DNA of 64,000 nt from Naegleria gruberi. Its lineage: Eukaryota. The number at the start of each line of letters is the position of its first letter. Position 1 is the stretch's first letter. Below are positions 1 to 10,568 of the stretch, one piece after another. The notes beneath the pieces were generated by a model, which was not told where the DNA came from, ran no database searches, and saw nothing but the letters and a program-made list of their open reading frames with translations. Location of the stretch: the NCBI GenBank assembly GCA_000004985.1, contig GG738853.1, one strand, 5' to 3'. The translations under genes were made by a program, and so were the position numbers.

Positions 1-3000
1 CTGAAAATGGCATTAACTTTGGTCCTCTTAGTTTTGATAAGGAAAGACAAAGACCATTTGAAATATTTAACACTGGTATTTTTGATATTCAATACACCCT
101 ATTCGATTACTCTAAGGGTTTACCAGAATCAACAGAAGATAAATCAAATACCAATGATCCAAAGAAAAAGGGTAACGATACAAAGAAAAACAACAAAACT
201 GCAAAGAAAGTTGATCCACAACTACAAATTGGTCAATTCATGATTCAACCAACAGTTGGTACAATCGCTCCAGGAAGTAAAGCATCCATAAATATTACTT
301 TCAAGGGAGATGGAACCAAAGTTTTCCAAGAAACATTGGGAATAGATATTTCAGATAGAAATATGGAAGAGCAACCAAATGGTATTGCTTACTATATCCA
401 AGGAGAATCATGTGTTCCAGGTATTGTAACAAATGAGTTTGAATCCATATTTGAAGAACAACAAATAGTTTCTAATATGGATATGATCCTTAATCCTCTC
501 CACAGTTCTTTTACTCTGGATGAAAGAATTTTCCATTTTGGTACAATTCCAGTAGGCAAGAAAGTGACAGAGAAAATTAAAGTTATCAATCCATTCAAAG
601 TTCCTTGTAATGTTGAATGTAGTGTTAAACCTAGAGATATGACAGGAAATAAGGATATTAATATGTTTGAGGCTAGTCCACCAAAGTTGTTCATTCCACC
701 TCACGAACACAGATATGTCAATATTTCATTCCTACCTCCTACTATGAATAACTATTCTGCCATCTTTGAGGCTACTGTAATAGATGGAAATGATCCAAAA
801 ACCAAAGATCTCAAGATAGAAATCAGAGGAGAAGGTTCTCTACCTCAAGTATTAATCAAAAAACCTGAAAAAGTTGGTGAAAATTCAATTTTGAAATTCC
901 CAAAGACAGCTGTTGGAAGAAGAGAGGAATTACCTGTATTAATTAGTAACGAAGGACTCTTGCCAGCAACTGTTAGATTTGATTTCCCAAATCACTCATC
1001 TTTATTGTTCCCAAGTAGACTAGAAGAATTCGTTCTCGAAAGTAAGGAGTCAAAGAAGTTCTCTATGATATTTGAACCTCACCAAGCTGAACAAATTGAA
1101 ACAACTCTGAATATGGTCGTCTTAGATAATCACTTTGAAGATACCAGTATTAAGGTTATTGCTGAAAGCTTTGAAGAAGATGTAATTATCAATAACCTCC
1201 CCCTAGGCAAAGAAAATGAGTTGAACTTTGGAGACTGCTATGTTAAAGCAAAGAATGAAAGAACTTTTGTATTAGAGAATCATGCCAAAGTTCCAGTAAG
1301 ATTCCAGTTTGAAACACCCGACGGAATTACTGTATCTCCTTGTGTTGGCCATATCCAACCAAAATCTTCAAAAGAAATTATTGCCACTTTCTTATGTGAT
1401 GAGCCAACAGAAATTAAAGGCGATTTGTTAAAATGCTCACTTAAAAAGATAGAATTTTTAAATGATGAAGAAGAAATTGACTGGGATGATAGACACAAGT
1501 CCATTAAATGGGTAGAAGTTGATGAGGAAGAGGAAGCAAGAAAATTGAAGGAATTGGAAGAAAAGAAGCAAAGAGAGAAGGAGCAAAAGGAAAATGAAAA
1601 GAAAGGCATTAAAAAGAAGGAAGAAAAGAAGCCAGCCGCAACAAAAACTACCAAAGCAGAAGAAAAGAGTGAGCCACAAGAAGCCAAACCAAAGAAATTA
1701 GTTACCAAGCGTATGGAGGTTACTGATCCTGAACCTCAACACAATATTATTGGAGACATTTCTGAAAAGTCTGTTGCTGTCTATACTAATGCTGATTATG
1801 CCAAATTTGAAATTAATACCACTGATGTTGTATTTTCTACCACCAAAATGTTTGAAACACGTATTCATAATGTCACTCTTAAGAATATTGGCAAAGTTTT
1901 GCTCAACTTCTCATGGAGTAGTTCTCAATATATTGATGGTCCTTTCGAGCTGGAAACTAAGCAAGGACAAATCAAACCAGGCGAACAAACTATCTTTACT
2001 ATCAAATATGCTCCTCAAGATGTAGACAAACATGAAGAAATATTTACATGTTATATTGATAATATTGAACCTTCTTGCAGTATTCCTAGTGTTAGAGTTT
2101 CAGGCATTTCTAAATGTCCACTCGTTCACTTTGAATTGCCACCAAGTGATTATTTGTCAGGAGGAAGAAGAAAGGCATCCATGTTCCAAAATCAAGAAAT
2201 AGAATCATTAATTGACAAGGATAAGACAAGAGTCATTGAACTTTATTCTTGTGGTATCAAAGTTAAAAATACTAAGCGTTTCTACATTCTCAATCCTACC
2301 GATGTGGACTTTAAGTATAGTTGGCAAAAGATCCAAAGTGATCCAAACGCTGAAGACAACTCCTTCTCATGCTTGACCAGAACTGGTATCATCAATAGTG
2401 GTAAAAAGTCAGAAATTATCTTTGAGTATGTTCCTTATACTATTGAAACAAAAGAATCTCTTTGGATGTTTAGTATTCCTTCCAGAAACTTGAATATACC
2501 ATTCTTGGTTGTAGGACATGCTAAAGAACCAGAAGTTTTCCTGGATACCGCTCGTGTAAACTTCCAAACTGTATTGGTGGGTGCTAAGTCCTCCCAATCT
2601 ATCCATCTTATCAATAGAGAGCCTATCCCATTCAGTTTCAGCTTTGACCAAACAGAATTCTTTGAAGATAATCAAACCGATAGACAGCCAGTACTTTTAC
2701 TTTCTCCAAAGAGTGGAACAATACCAGCAGATTCTACTATTCCAATCACATTACTTTACACTCCTACAGCCGAAAGCTCATTCAACTTCCAAGTTGCCTG
2801 CAGAGTAAAGAAGAAGCCATCTCTTCTCACATGCAACGTCAAGGGAGAAGGATTCCTTGTTCATGAAAGTTTAGAAGTATCTGATGAGTCCATGACTAGA
2901 GTCGTTCCAGTATCCTTCAAAGAAAATAGTAATGTTGACTTTGAAAGAGCCCAAATTAACGAAAAGAAAATTAAGAAGGTTATTATAACAAATCACGGAA

Positions 3001-5651
3001 ACTATAACTTTGACTATCAATGGTTCCATGCAAAGAACAAACTCATTACTATTAATCCAGATAGAGGAACTGTGTTCAAGGGAGGCAAACAAATTTGTGA
3101 CATCATTTTTAACCCAACAGCACAAGTCAAATTAGCTGGATACAAGTGTATTTGTAAGGTTACGAATAGTAATTCCTATGTCCTTAACTTATTCGGATCA
3201 GGTGCTCAACCAAAAATCAACTTTAGTTTCCTTCAATATGACTTTGGAGCTCACTTTTTATATCATCAAGGCATGGATAAAAGTCCATCAACAATGCTTA
3301 AAATTGAAAATTGTGATGAAAAGGATATCAGTTTTGAAATGCTCTACGATAACAAACCGCATTTGGAAGTTGAAGCCTCTGCCACAGTGCTAAAACCAGG
3401 AGAGAGCAGACAAATCAAGGTTTACTTTAGACCAAGAGAAATCAAACTCTATAAGGAAACTGTCATGTTCGAAATTAATGGTCTGTATAAGACAAGTGTA
3501 ATCTTCACTGGCGAAGGAACTGCATCAAAAGTTGAATTGTCAAACCCTGTTGATAAGGTAATTAATTTAGGATCAATCAGAGGAGGTGAAGTTATCACCA
3601 AATATGTTAATATTGTGAATAAGAGTAAGATTACAGCAAATGTTTCCTTATTGAAAGAAACTTTGGATCAATTAGCCAAGTGTTATATTACCTTGAGTCC
3701 AAAGACTGCTTTCTCGATCCATCCAAGGCAAGAAGCACAAATTGGCCTAACATTTAAACCAGAATCACGACTTTCAACATTCAATGTTGAACTAAATGCT
3801 TACATAGACGGAAGAATCAAACTTCTTTCAAATGTGACAGGTTCTTGCCAGGGTGTAGAAGTCAAGCTAAACACTTCAACCATTGCTTTTGGACCAGTTG
3901 TTCAAAACACTGTAGTTGTTAGCAGGGCAATTATAGAAAATACAGGAGATATTGGTGTTAATTACAAGTGGAATACCAAAGGCCTTTACAGTGCATTTTC
4001 TATCAAGCCGTTACAAGGATTCATTCCTCCTAATGAAGAAGCATTATTGGAAATCACATACTCTCCAACAAAGATAGATACTACTGGTCAATCTTCTACA
4101 ATAGAATGTAAACTAGATTCACTTAGAGATCCTATTCCTATGACAATCAGTGGTATTTGTGTAGAAAAACCAAAAGGAAAAGAAACTTTGTCATTCAGAG
4201 TTGCTGTCAGACAAAAGCAAAACAAATCCGTAAAGATTGACAATCCAACAAAGAGTGATTGGAGATTAAAACCAGTAATTGATAATCCATTCTGGAGTGG
4301 ATTGGAATATCTTGAAGTACCAGCAAATAGTACTCGAGAATATGAAGTTACATATGCACCATTATCAATGACATTGAACTCTCCACATAAGGGAACGCTA
4401 TTTTTCCCATTACCTGACGGAAAAGCTATCCTTTATGAGTTGTCTGGTGAATCATTAGATCCATTGCCAGCTGGATCAATTATTAAGGATTTATATGCAA
4501 AGGAGCACCATATTGAAACTCTTTTCGTTGAAAATTGGCTCGGGAAGGCCCAAAGATTTGCTGTTATTCTTGACGACCTTAATATCAAGTCACCTAACCA
4601 ACTTACTGCTGTTAATTATATTGATGTACCACCAATTTCCAAGAGAGAATACAAGTTCAGCTTCCTTCCTTTCAAGGACGGTCAATTTGAAGGAAAGGTT
4701 AGATTTGTTAACGAAGAAACCAAAGAATTTATTTATTATAATGTCAAGTTTAACGTGTTGAAAGCGAGATCTTCAGAAGAAATTGTAATGGAAACTCCTG
4801 TTAGACAAAAGATTGTCAAGACAGTAACTGTAGAAAATCCATTAGAAAAAGAATCTGTTCTTGCTGTCAAATGTGACTCTACAGATATTATTGTTTCCTC
4901 TGAACTAAGAATACCAGCCAAGTCATTTGCTAAATGTGAGTTTGTTTATCTTCCGTTATTGGTTTCCGATCCTAAGAAGGCCAAGTTGACTATTGGAAAT
5001 GATGAATTAGGTATTTTCCCATTCGATTTATTATTGAAGCCAATTGCCAAAGTTTCTGAAAGAAGTACACACTTTTCGGTATCTCTTGGTAGTTCTCAAA
5101 CTCAAACTATTAGATTTGTAAACTTTGCCAGGCAAGCCACTGAGTACACATGCAAGATCGAAGACAACCAAACTGATTTTGCTCTTGTGGACAAACCTGT
5201 TGTCAAAGCTCCACAAGCAACCTCATTAGAAGGAAATGAGATTAGTCTTGATGTTACCTATGAACCAACAATGACTGGTGCAACTAAGGCAAAATTGATT
5301 CTTACATCTCCAATTGGTGGTGAATATGTTTTTTGGTTGTTTGGAAAATGTTCTCCTCCAAGAGCACAAGGTCCTATTGAAATTATTCCAAACGGAACTT
5401 CTCAAATTACATTCAAGAATGTTTTCGATAAGAAGACTGACTTTAAGTTTGTAATTGACGACCCTTCAAACAGTTTCAGTGTCAAACCAGATAATGCATC
5501 CATGACAGTCAAACAAAAACTTCCACTTACTATCTCTTACAAACCTTCAAGTGCTGCATCTTCAAAGGTAACATATGGAAAACTCACTATTAGCTCTAAG
5601 GGAAGTCAACTCACTTGGTTGTATTATTTGATGGGAAAACCTAATAATTAA
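1..5651 (+). CDS. HYDIN-like ASH-domain (PapD/MSP-like Ig-fold repeat) ciliary central-apparatus protein, C-terminal ~1,880 aa; 5' partial (continues upstream of window)
   Basis: Frame 3 is open from nt 3 (ENGINFGPLSFDKERQRPFEIF...) straight into track ORF 240..5651, so the track M at 240 is internal. There are more than 15 repeats of the ASH/PapD-like pattern (FxFGxxxVG...VxNxGxxPxxF), for example ERIFHFGTIPVGKK, ELNFGDCYVKAKNERTF, ARVNFQTVLVGAKSS and STIAFGPVVQNTVVV, plus a Lys/Glu-rich insert. The stop is TAA at 5649-5651. HYDIN is the best match by size and domain density, but CFAP65/CFAP47/CFAP74-type proteins cannot be excluded. Confidence 0.6.
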   Translation, partial: ENGINFGPLSFDKERQRPFEIFNTGIFDIQYTLFDYSKGLPESTEDKSNTNDPKKKGNDTKKNNKTAKKVDPQLQIGQFMIQPTVGTIAPGSKASINITFKGDGTKVFQETLGIDISDRNMEEQPNGIAYYIQGESCVPGIVTNEFESIFEEQQIVSNMDMILNPLHSSFTLDERIFHFGTIPVGKKVTEKIKVINPFKVPCNVECSVKPRDMTGNKDINMFEASPPKLFIPPHEHRYVNISFLPPTMNNYSAIFEATVIDGNDPKTKDLKIEIRGEGSLPQVLIKKPEKVGENSILKFPKTAVGRREELPVLISNEGLLPATVRFDFPNHSSLLFPSRLEEFVLESKESKKFSMIFEPHQAEQIETTLNMVVLDNHFEDTSIKVIAESFEEDVIINNLPLGKENELNFGDCYVKAKNERTFVLENHAKVPVRFQFETPDGITVSPCVGHIQPKSSKEIIATFLCDEPTEIKGDLLKCSLKKIEFLNDEEEIDWDDRHKSIKWVEVDEEEEARKLKELEEKKQREKEQKENEKKGIKKKEEKKPAATKTTKAEEKSEPQEAKPKKLVTKRMEVTDPEPQHNIIGDISEKSVAVYTNADYAKFEINTTDVVFSTTKMFETRIHNVTLKNIGKVLLNFSWSSSQYIDGPFELETKQGQIKPGEQTIFTIKYAPQDVDKHEEIFTCYIDNIEPSCSIPSVRVSGISKCPLVHFELPPSDYLSGGRRKASMFQNQEIESLIDKDKTRVIELYSCGIKVKNTKRFYILNPTDVDFKYSWQKIQSDPNAEDNSFSCLTRTGIINSGKKSEIIFEYVPYTIETKESLWMFSIPSRNLNIPFLVVGHAKEPEVFLDTARVNFQTVLVGAKSSQSIHLINREPIPFSFSFDQTEFFEDNQTDRQPVLLLSPKSGTIPADSTIPITLLYTPTAESSFNFQVACRVKKKPSLLTCNVKGEGFLVHESLEVSDESMTRVVPVSFKENSNVDFERAQINEKKIKKVIITNHGNYNFDYQWFHAKNKLITINPDRGTVFKGGKQICDIIFNPTAQVKLAGYKCICKVTNSNSYVLNLFGSGAQPKINFSFLQYDFGAHFLYHQGMDKSPSTMLKIENCDEKDISFEMLYDNKPHLEVEASATVLKPGESRQIKVYFRPREIKLYKETVMFEINGLYKTSVIFTGEGTASKVELSNPVDKVINLGSIRGGEVITKYVNIVNKSKITANVSLLKETLDQLAKCYITLSPKTAFSIHPRQEAQIGLTFKPESRLSTFNVELNAYIDGRIKLLSNVTGSCQGVEVKLNTSTIAFGPVVQNTVVVSRAIIENTGDIGVNYKWNTKGLYSAFSIKPLQGFIPPNEEALLEITYSPTKIDTTGQSSTIECKLDSLRDPIPMTISGICVEKPKGKETLSFRVAVRQKQNKSVKIDNPTKSDWRLKPVIDNPFWSGLEYLEVPANSTREYEVTYAPLSMTLNSPHKGTLFFPLPDGKAILYELSGESLDPLPAGSIIKDLYAKEHHIETLFVENWLGKAQRFAVILDDLNIKSPNQLTAVNYIDVPPISKREYKFSFLPFKDGQFEGKVRFVNEETKEFIYYNVKFNVLKARSSEEIVMETPVRQKIVKTVTVENPLEKESVLAVKCDSTDIIVSSELRIPAKSFAKCEFVYLPLLVSDPKKAKLTIGNDELGIFPFDLLLKPIAKVSERSTHFSVSLGSSQTQTIRFVNFARQATEYTCKIEDNQTDFALVDKPVVKAPQATSLEGNEISLDVTYEPTMTGATKAKLILTSPIGGEYVFWLFGKCSPPRAQGPIEIIPNGTSQITFKNVFDKKTDFKFVIDDPSNSFSVKPDNASMTVKQKLPLTISYKPSSAASSKVTYGKLTISSKGSQLTWLYYLMGKPNN

Positions 5652-5689
5652 ATTAATAATTTTATATTAAAATTGTTGAGCTTTTTTAT

Positions 5690-6060
5690 TTCAACTAAAA
5701 TTCCAGCTTTGGAATTGTACTTACCAACTTTATTTTCAAAAAGTATTTGTGTGTTATTTGAATTTTTGAGTTTTTTTATTGTAGGTGTATGTGTTGTGAT
5801 TATGTGTTATTCAATCTGTTTGCCTAATCATCTTCACATGTGGTGTGGTTGTGAGTTTTATTGTGGTGGAGTGTCAAAATTGGAATTTTGTGGAAGTGGT
5901 GAATTGGATGGGGTTGATGTTGTGGAAAGTGTGGTATTAGTGATGATGTTAATTGGTTGTTTGTGTTAACCAATTAAAAAGTGTTGAATTATTCAAAGTT
6001 AAAGTTGGTGTTGTTTTGTTGCATACCAGTAAACACGAATTGATTATTTTGTGTGGTTTG
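5690..6060. repeat. GT-skewed low-complexity tract (plus strand almost only G/T; CA-rich on minus) between convergent 3' ends
   Basis: Plus strand reads ttgtgtgttatttgaatttttgag...gtggtgtggttgtgag...tggaagtggtgaattggatggggttgatgttgtgg with very few C and irregular GG/GGGG runs. It lies between the HYDIN-like stop (5651) and the importin-alpha stop (5989) and overlaps that gene's last codons. Track ORFs 5673..5969 and 5953..6234 are compositional artefacts. Confidence 0.5.
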
Positions 6061-7545
6061 TGGTTCCTCATCATCATCATCAAGACCAAAGTATTCTTCT
6101 ACAATCTTGTATGCCTTCTTATAAATTTCTTCACTAGCGTGATCTGTCAAACTTTCAAGTTTATCAACACCTCCGGCTTCTTCAATAAAGTCTGTGTATG
6201 GATTGATACCATCAATATCATCAGCAATGCTTGAACCAGAAGCTAAAATATTTTCAATACCTTCCAAAGCAACGCCAACAACCTTGACATCCTTGACTGA
6301 GAGTAATTCGCAAAGTGGTTTAATACAACCTCTATCTACTAAATATCTTATTTGTTCATCTGAACCTCCTGATGTAGCGTTAGAAATAGCCCAAGCAGCT
6401 TCCTTCTTAACGTCAAAATCACCTGGTTGATCCAAGATTGCCACCAAAGGTGGAATAATATTAGCATCAATAATTGTTTGAATTTGATCCTTGTTTCCGG
6501 CAGTAATGTTAGAAATTGTCCAACAAGCTTCCTTCTTAATACTCTTCTTTTGATGTTGAAGAAGTTGACACAAAGATGGAAGAGCGCCACAATTCAAAAC
6601 GACTTGTGTTTGTTGATCATTACCAGTAACAATATTACCAATAGTTCTCAAGGCTGGTGTTTGAACGGATGGTTGTGGATGCATAAGTAATTCAACAAGT
6701 CTTCTAACAACATTTGAATCAATAACAGCTTGAATTCTATTGTTTGGACCGTCTGAGAGGTATGAAATTGCCCAACAAGCGTCAGTAAGAACTTCTTCGT
6801 CAGAGTTGTATAAGAGATGAGCCAAAGTTGGCAAGGCTGGAGCAACAAGATTAAAATCAGGGATTGGTTTACCTCTACAAAGGTTGGAAACAGTCCATGT
6901 AGCATTTCTGAGAATTGTAACTTTTGGTTGTTCAGAAATGATAGACAACAATGGAACCATAACTCCCATTTGTAAAATATAATCTCTACATTTAGCAGAA
7001 TCACCAGCAATATTACCCAAAGCCCAGATAGATTGTTCTCTAACATCATCATTTGGACATCCGAGAAGTTGAATAAAGATTGGAACAGCATTGCTTCTAA
7101 TGACTGTTTCAGTATGTTCGGAGGTACCTGAAGCAATGTTTGTGAGGGCCCAACAGGCTTCAAATTGGAGGGCAGCGTGGTCGACTCTTTGCAAAAATTC
7201 AACAAAGATTGGGACAACACCAGTAGAAATAACTTCATCGATAGGTGGACTCTTTTCCATGGACAAGAGTTTTCTGAATTGAACGGTAGCTTCTAATTGG
7301 AGTGTTGGATTACCAGACTTGACTTGTTCGAGAAGGAGTGGAAGTTGGTTAAGTTTTTCTTGGATGAGAGGATCGTGAATTGTTGCGCCTGTTGTGTTTT
7401 CCTTTCTTCTCTTTTGCAAGAGTTCATCTCTCATCTTCTTTCTGAGAGATGATTGTTTATCCATTCTCTTTATTTTACCATCTTCTGCGCTGAGTGTTGA
7501 CTTTAGGTTTTTTCTAGTTGGTGTCTTTTGATTGCTGGAGTACAT
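5989..7545 (-). CDS. importin subunit alpha (karyopherin alpha), paralog A, single exon, 518 aa
   Basis: Real ATG start (plus strand 'cat' at 7543-7545). The N-terminal IBB domain is basic (KRMDKQSSLRKKMRDELLQKRRKE) and is followed by ARM repeats (WALTNIASGTSEHTETVIRSNAVPIFIQLL ... WAISNATSGG). The acidic C-terminal tail is typical of importin-alpha. Confidence 0.85.
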   Translation of the reverse strand: MYSSNQKTPTRKNLKSTLSAEDGKIKRMDKQSSLRKKMRDELLQKRRKENTTGATIHDPLIQEKLNQLPLLLEQVKSGNPTLQLEATVQFRKLLSMEKSPPIDEVISTGVVPIFVEFLQRVDHAALQFEACWALTNIASGTSEHTETVIRSNAVPIFIQLLGCPNDDVREQSIWALGNIAGDSAKCRDYILQMGVMVPLLSIISEQPKVTILRNATWTVSNLCRGKPIPDFNLVAPALPTLAHLLYNSDEEVLTDACWAISYLSDGPNNRIQAVIDSNVVRRLVELLMHPQPSVQTPALRTIGNIVTGNDQQTQVVLNCGALPSLCQLLQHQKKSIKKEACWTISNITAGNKDQIQTIIDANIIPPLVAILDQPGDFDVKKEAAWAISNATSGGSDEQIRYLVDRGCIKPLCELLSVKDVKVVGVALEGIENILASGSSIADDIDGINPYTDFIEEAGGVDKLESLTDHASEEIYKKAYKIVEEYFGLDDDDEEPQTTQNNQFVFTGMQQNNTNFNFE

Positions 7546-7600
7546 TCTTATTTACACTTGTTGAGTTATTTTTTTTCTTCGTGGAAATTATTTTTGAACA

Positions 7601-7609
7601 CGCGCCAAA
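7601..7609 (-). promoter_or_regulatory. E2F-like motif TTTGGCGCG, 56-64 bp upstream of importin-alpha A ATG
   Basis: Plus strand cgcgccaaa at 7601-7609 reads TTTGGCGCG on the gene strand. It is a GC-rich 9-mer in an AT-rich divergent promoter. The same core recurs upstream of importin-alpha paralog B (14391-14399) and in the 11238-11367 promoter. Confidence 0.4.
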
Positions 7610-7874
7610 TGGTTTTTGAAGTTTTGTAAAGCATTCCGTCCAACAGTGGATTTTGTCTTGCCAAAAAGATTCTCGAGAGATGACAGCCAGAATAAAAGTA
7701 TTAATACATTTGTTTCACTGTACAATCTTTGAAATAAAGAATGATGGTCCAAAGTTTCAAAAAACAAATTGAATTAGGAACAACTGAATGTCATTTTGAA
7801 GGATATTGAGCTTTCTTTTAGAATGACCGTTAATAATTTAAAAATTGATATTTATTGCCAATTACTTGAAAAAA

Positions 7875-8927
7875 ATGAAAAATGAGCTAGAACCAAAGAG
7901 AAAAAAGATAAAACGAGAGTTTAGCTTGCCAAGTGAAATAATTATATTAATAATTGAATATTCGGCTTGCAACACCAAAATATTGACTAAATTTTCTTTA
8001 ATTAATAATCAATTTCATTCAATAATTTATGACAGCTCTTATGGATTGTGGGATCATTTACTTGTGAGATATCCCTTCCGAATGAATCCTCCGAATTTAT
8101 CAATTATTAAAAAAATATATTTCGATTTGGAGGAAGATGATGAAGTTGATGTAAAATTTACTAGAGTTCAAGAGTTTACTTTTAAAAATGATTCTAAGGA
8201 GTGTATTACATTGATTGTCAATTGTATCAATTCTGAACAAATATCCAAAGTTACATTCTTTGGAGAGACGAGACCAAGCCTTGTGAATTATTTAATAGAT
8301 CATTTCTCAAATCTTAGAGAGTTGGTACTGAATGATTTTGATTTCCAAGAGTGGGATGGGGAATATGATTTTTCTTTCAAACAAACCCCTTTGCTTGAAA
8401 GTTTTGTTTTTGTGGAGGAAACTGACGAATACTCTGGTTGCTACAACGAACCAAATGATACAAATTTCTTCTTTAATGTATTTACAAAGTATTCATTTAG
8501 CAATCTTCAAAAAATTTGGTTTGAACCATATTATTCTAATATTGAATTATTCAAGTTTGTGGAACAAATCAAACATCTCAATTCTCTAAAGCATTTGCAA
8601 GTGACATTATCCTTATGGGATTTTACACCAATTCCATCCTATGCAACTTTGCCACCATTGATTGAGGAAATTCAATTCAAATGTGCTTTTAAAGTATTTG
8701 CAAAATTCCTAATTGCTTACTTTAATCATCCAAAGGTTTACATTCAGTTTTCTCCCTCAGAACATTTCCTTGGAGATACAAGTATTCAGTTTATGACCAC
8801 TGATGAGCTTATTGAAGAATTGATAATGGATAAGGAAAGAAAAGAAGAGCTTAAAAGTTTGATTAATGAAAAAAGATATTTGGGAAAAATTGAATGTATG
8901 GATAAATCGTACAGTGGATCTGAATAA
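7875..8927 (+). CDS. hypothetical protein with N-terminal F-box-like region; the real ATG is at 7875 because the track start 7845 is a TTG
   Basis: The codon at 7845-7847 is ttg. The first ATG in frame is in aaaaaaATGaaaaatgag at 7875. The N-terminus LPSEIIILIIEYSACNTKILTKFSLINNQFHSIIY fits an F-box-like profile. The rest is unrecognised. Confidence 0.4.
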   Translation: MKNELEPKRKKIKREFSLPSEIIILIIEYSACNTKILTKFSLINNQFHSIIYDSSYGLWDHLLVRYPFRMNPPNLSIIKKIYFDLEEDDEVDVKFTRVQEFTFKNDSKECITLIVNCINSEQISKVTFFGETRPSLVNYLIDHFSNLRELVLNDFDFQEWDGEYDFSFKQTPLLESFVFVEETDEYSGCYNEPNDTNFFFNVFTKYSFSNLQKIWFEPYYSNIELFKFVEQIKHLNSLKHLQVTLSLWDFTPIPSYATLPPLIEEIQFKCAFKVFAKFLIAYFNHPKVYIQFSPSEHFLGDTSIQFMTTDELIEELIMDKERKEELKSLINEKRYLGKIECMDKSYSGSE

Positions 8928-9264
8928 TTATCTGTATAAAACAGTCAACTGATAAACATTCAGATTGAATAGTCTAAAAATGTTTTTTGTTGAATCGAAA
9001 CCAATTAGTAAATTGTATTAAAAAGAAACAAAAAACCTTTCCAGCTCTTCTCAAATTTCTTTCCTGAATCTTTTCTAGAAACACGTAAGAGTCACATGTC
9101 ACCATCATCATAATATAATCATAATCAAAAAAAACAAAAACATTATTTGTGATTACCACTGTCACATAATATCATCAGATTGAAGAAGTATCCAAAGTAG
9201 TGTACTACTAATCCCCTGTAAACAAACCATTCATTTACTGTTCCTGATTTGTGAGTGATTCGAA

Positions 9265-10566
9265 ATGGCAACTCTCACACAAGCAATACAAGAAGACACC
9301 ACAACAGATATCAAATCCGCTTGCAGTAATGCAACAACTCACCCTCATCATCAGCATTCCAATGAAGCTACAAAGAGCACGTCTCTGAACAAAACCAATA
9401 ATATTACCATCAAAGAAAATGAAACGATGAGTCTCAAGGAAGTCTCAAGTTTTTCAGTGATGGAGGGAATAAGTTTACAGCAACAACAAAACGGAACCCA
9501 ACATCAACAACATCAGCATAGCACGAGTACTTCTTCTTGTTGTTCAACATCATCGATAGAAAATTCAACAACACAAGATGATGATCAACATACAAAAGAG
9601 GATATTATTTCAAATAGTAATTTATTATCAAAGAAAATTATTGAATCATTGAATGATTCGAAATGTAATATAGAAAAGAGTAACGGAACATCTAAAGTTT
9701 TAATCTATTTAATTATCGGAATTTTTGTAGTTTTAATTTCTTATTTATTAATGATGAATGGGAGCAGTTTACTTCATCATGTTATCAATTTATCAATACC
9801 ATCAACAACAGCAGCTATTGCAAAATCTACAGACACTAATTTATTGAATAACGCAGTAACAGAAAAAGCAAATGTTACTAAAAAGAAGGAAAAAAAGAAT
9901 AAGATTAATATTCTTTCTGGATTGTATAAACCTGAAACTTATGGTATTGCTAAATATATTAAGCCATTAGAACCCAAGACAAGAATAATGGGAAGAAGAG
10001 AAATGTAAGTTTACAATATTAGATCAGTAATTTACCATTTTAGGATTAATTTTCCTCAACTTGGAGTTATTAATTTATTAGCAAAGGTAGATTCAGGTGC
10101 CAAGACAAGTTGTCTGGACGTGGCTAATATCAGATATAACAAGGCAGCAAAGACTATTAGTTTTGATGTTGTACTTGACAGACACAATAGAAGTATTGTT
10201 CAAACAATTCTTGATTTCCCATTTTCTAATACGACAAAAACTGTAATGTCTTCCAATGGACATATTTCGACACGTTATGTTTTGAAAACTATTGTTACAA
10301 TTGGTCCTGAATTCCAAGATCAAGTTGCAGAATTCACTCTTGTTGAAAGACACAAGCTTGCATGTCCTGTTTTAATTGGTAGAAATATTATTAGAATGGG
10401 AGGCTTTTTAGTTGACTGCAATAAGAAATTTATTACTGGTAAGAAACAGACAACTGTTGTAAAGGAGCCAATTCACATCCCTAACTTGTTGGACTATCCT
10501 ATTCCTTCACCTCCTAAAAAGAAGTCAAAGAAAAAGAAAATCAAGACTCCTGAGAAAAAGCAATAG
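9265..10566 (+). CDS. membrane protein with S/T/Q-rich N-terminal region, one TM helix and a C-terminal retropepsin-like (A2-type, DSGA) aspartic-protease domain; join(9265..10004,10044..10566)
   Basis: ATG at 9265. Track ORFs 9265..10008 and 10120..10566 share a frame and are joined by a 39-nt intron, GTAAGTTTACAATATTAGATCAGTAATTTACCATTTTAG, at 10005-10043 (the track stop TAA lies inside the GTAAGT). The second exon encodes LLAKVDSGAKTSCLD (D-S-G-A active-site signature) and a LIGRNIIRMGGFLVD flap/dimer-like segment. The first exon encodes the VLIYLIIGIFVVLISYLLMM TM helix. Confidence 0.5.
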
Positions 10567-10568
10567 TA

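Noticed and set aside
392-7238. Antisense or out-of-frame ORFs of 60-200 aa inside large genes (for example 392..694, 1280..1708, 6648..7238, 35991..36356, 37431..37754, 49527..49982)
   Set aside because: These are frame shadows with low-complexity or AT-biased translations, fully embedded in homology-supported genes on the other strand or frame.
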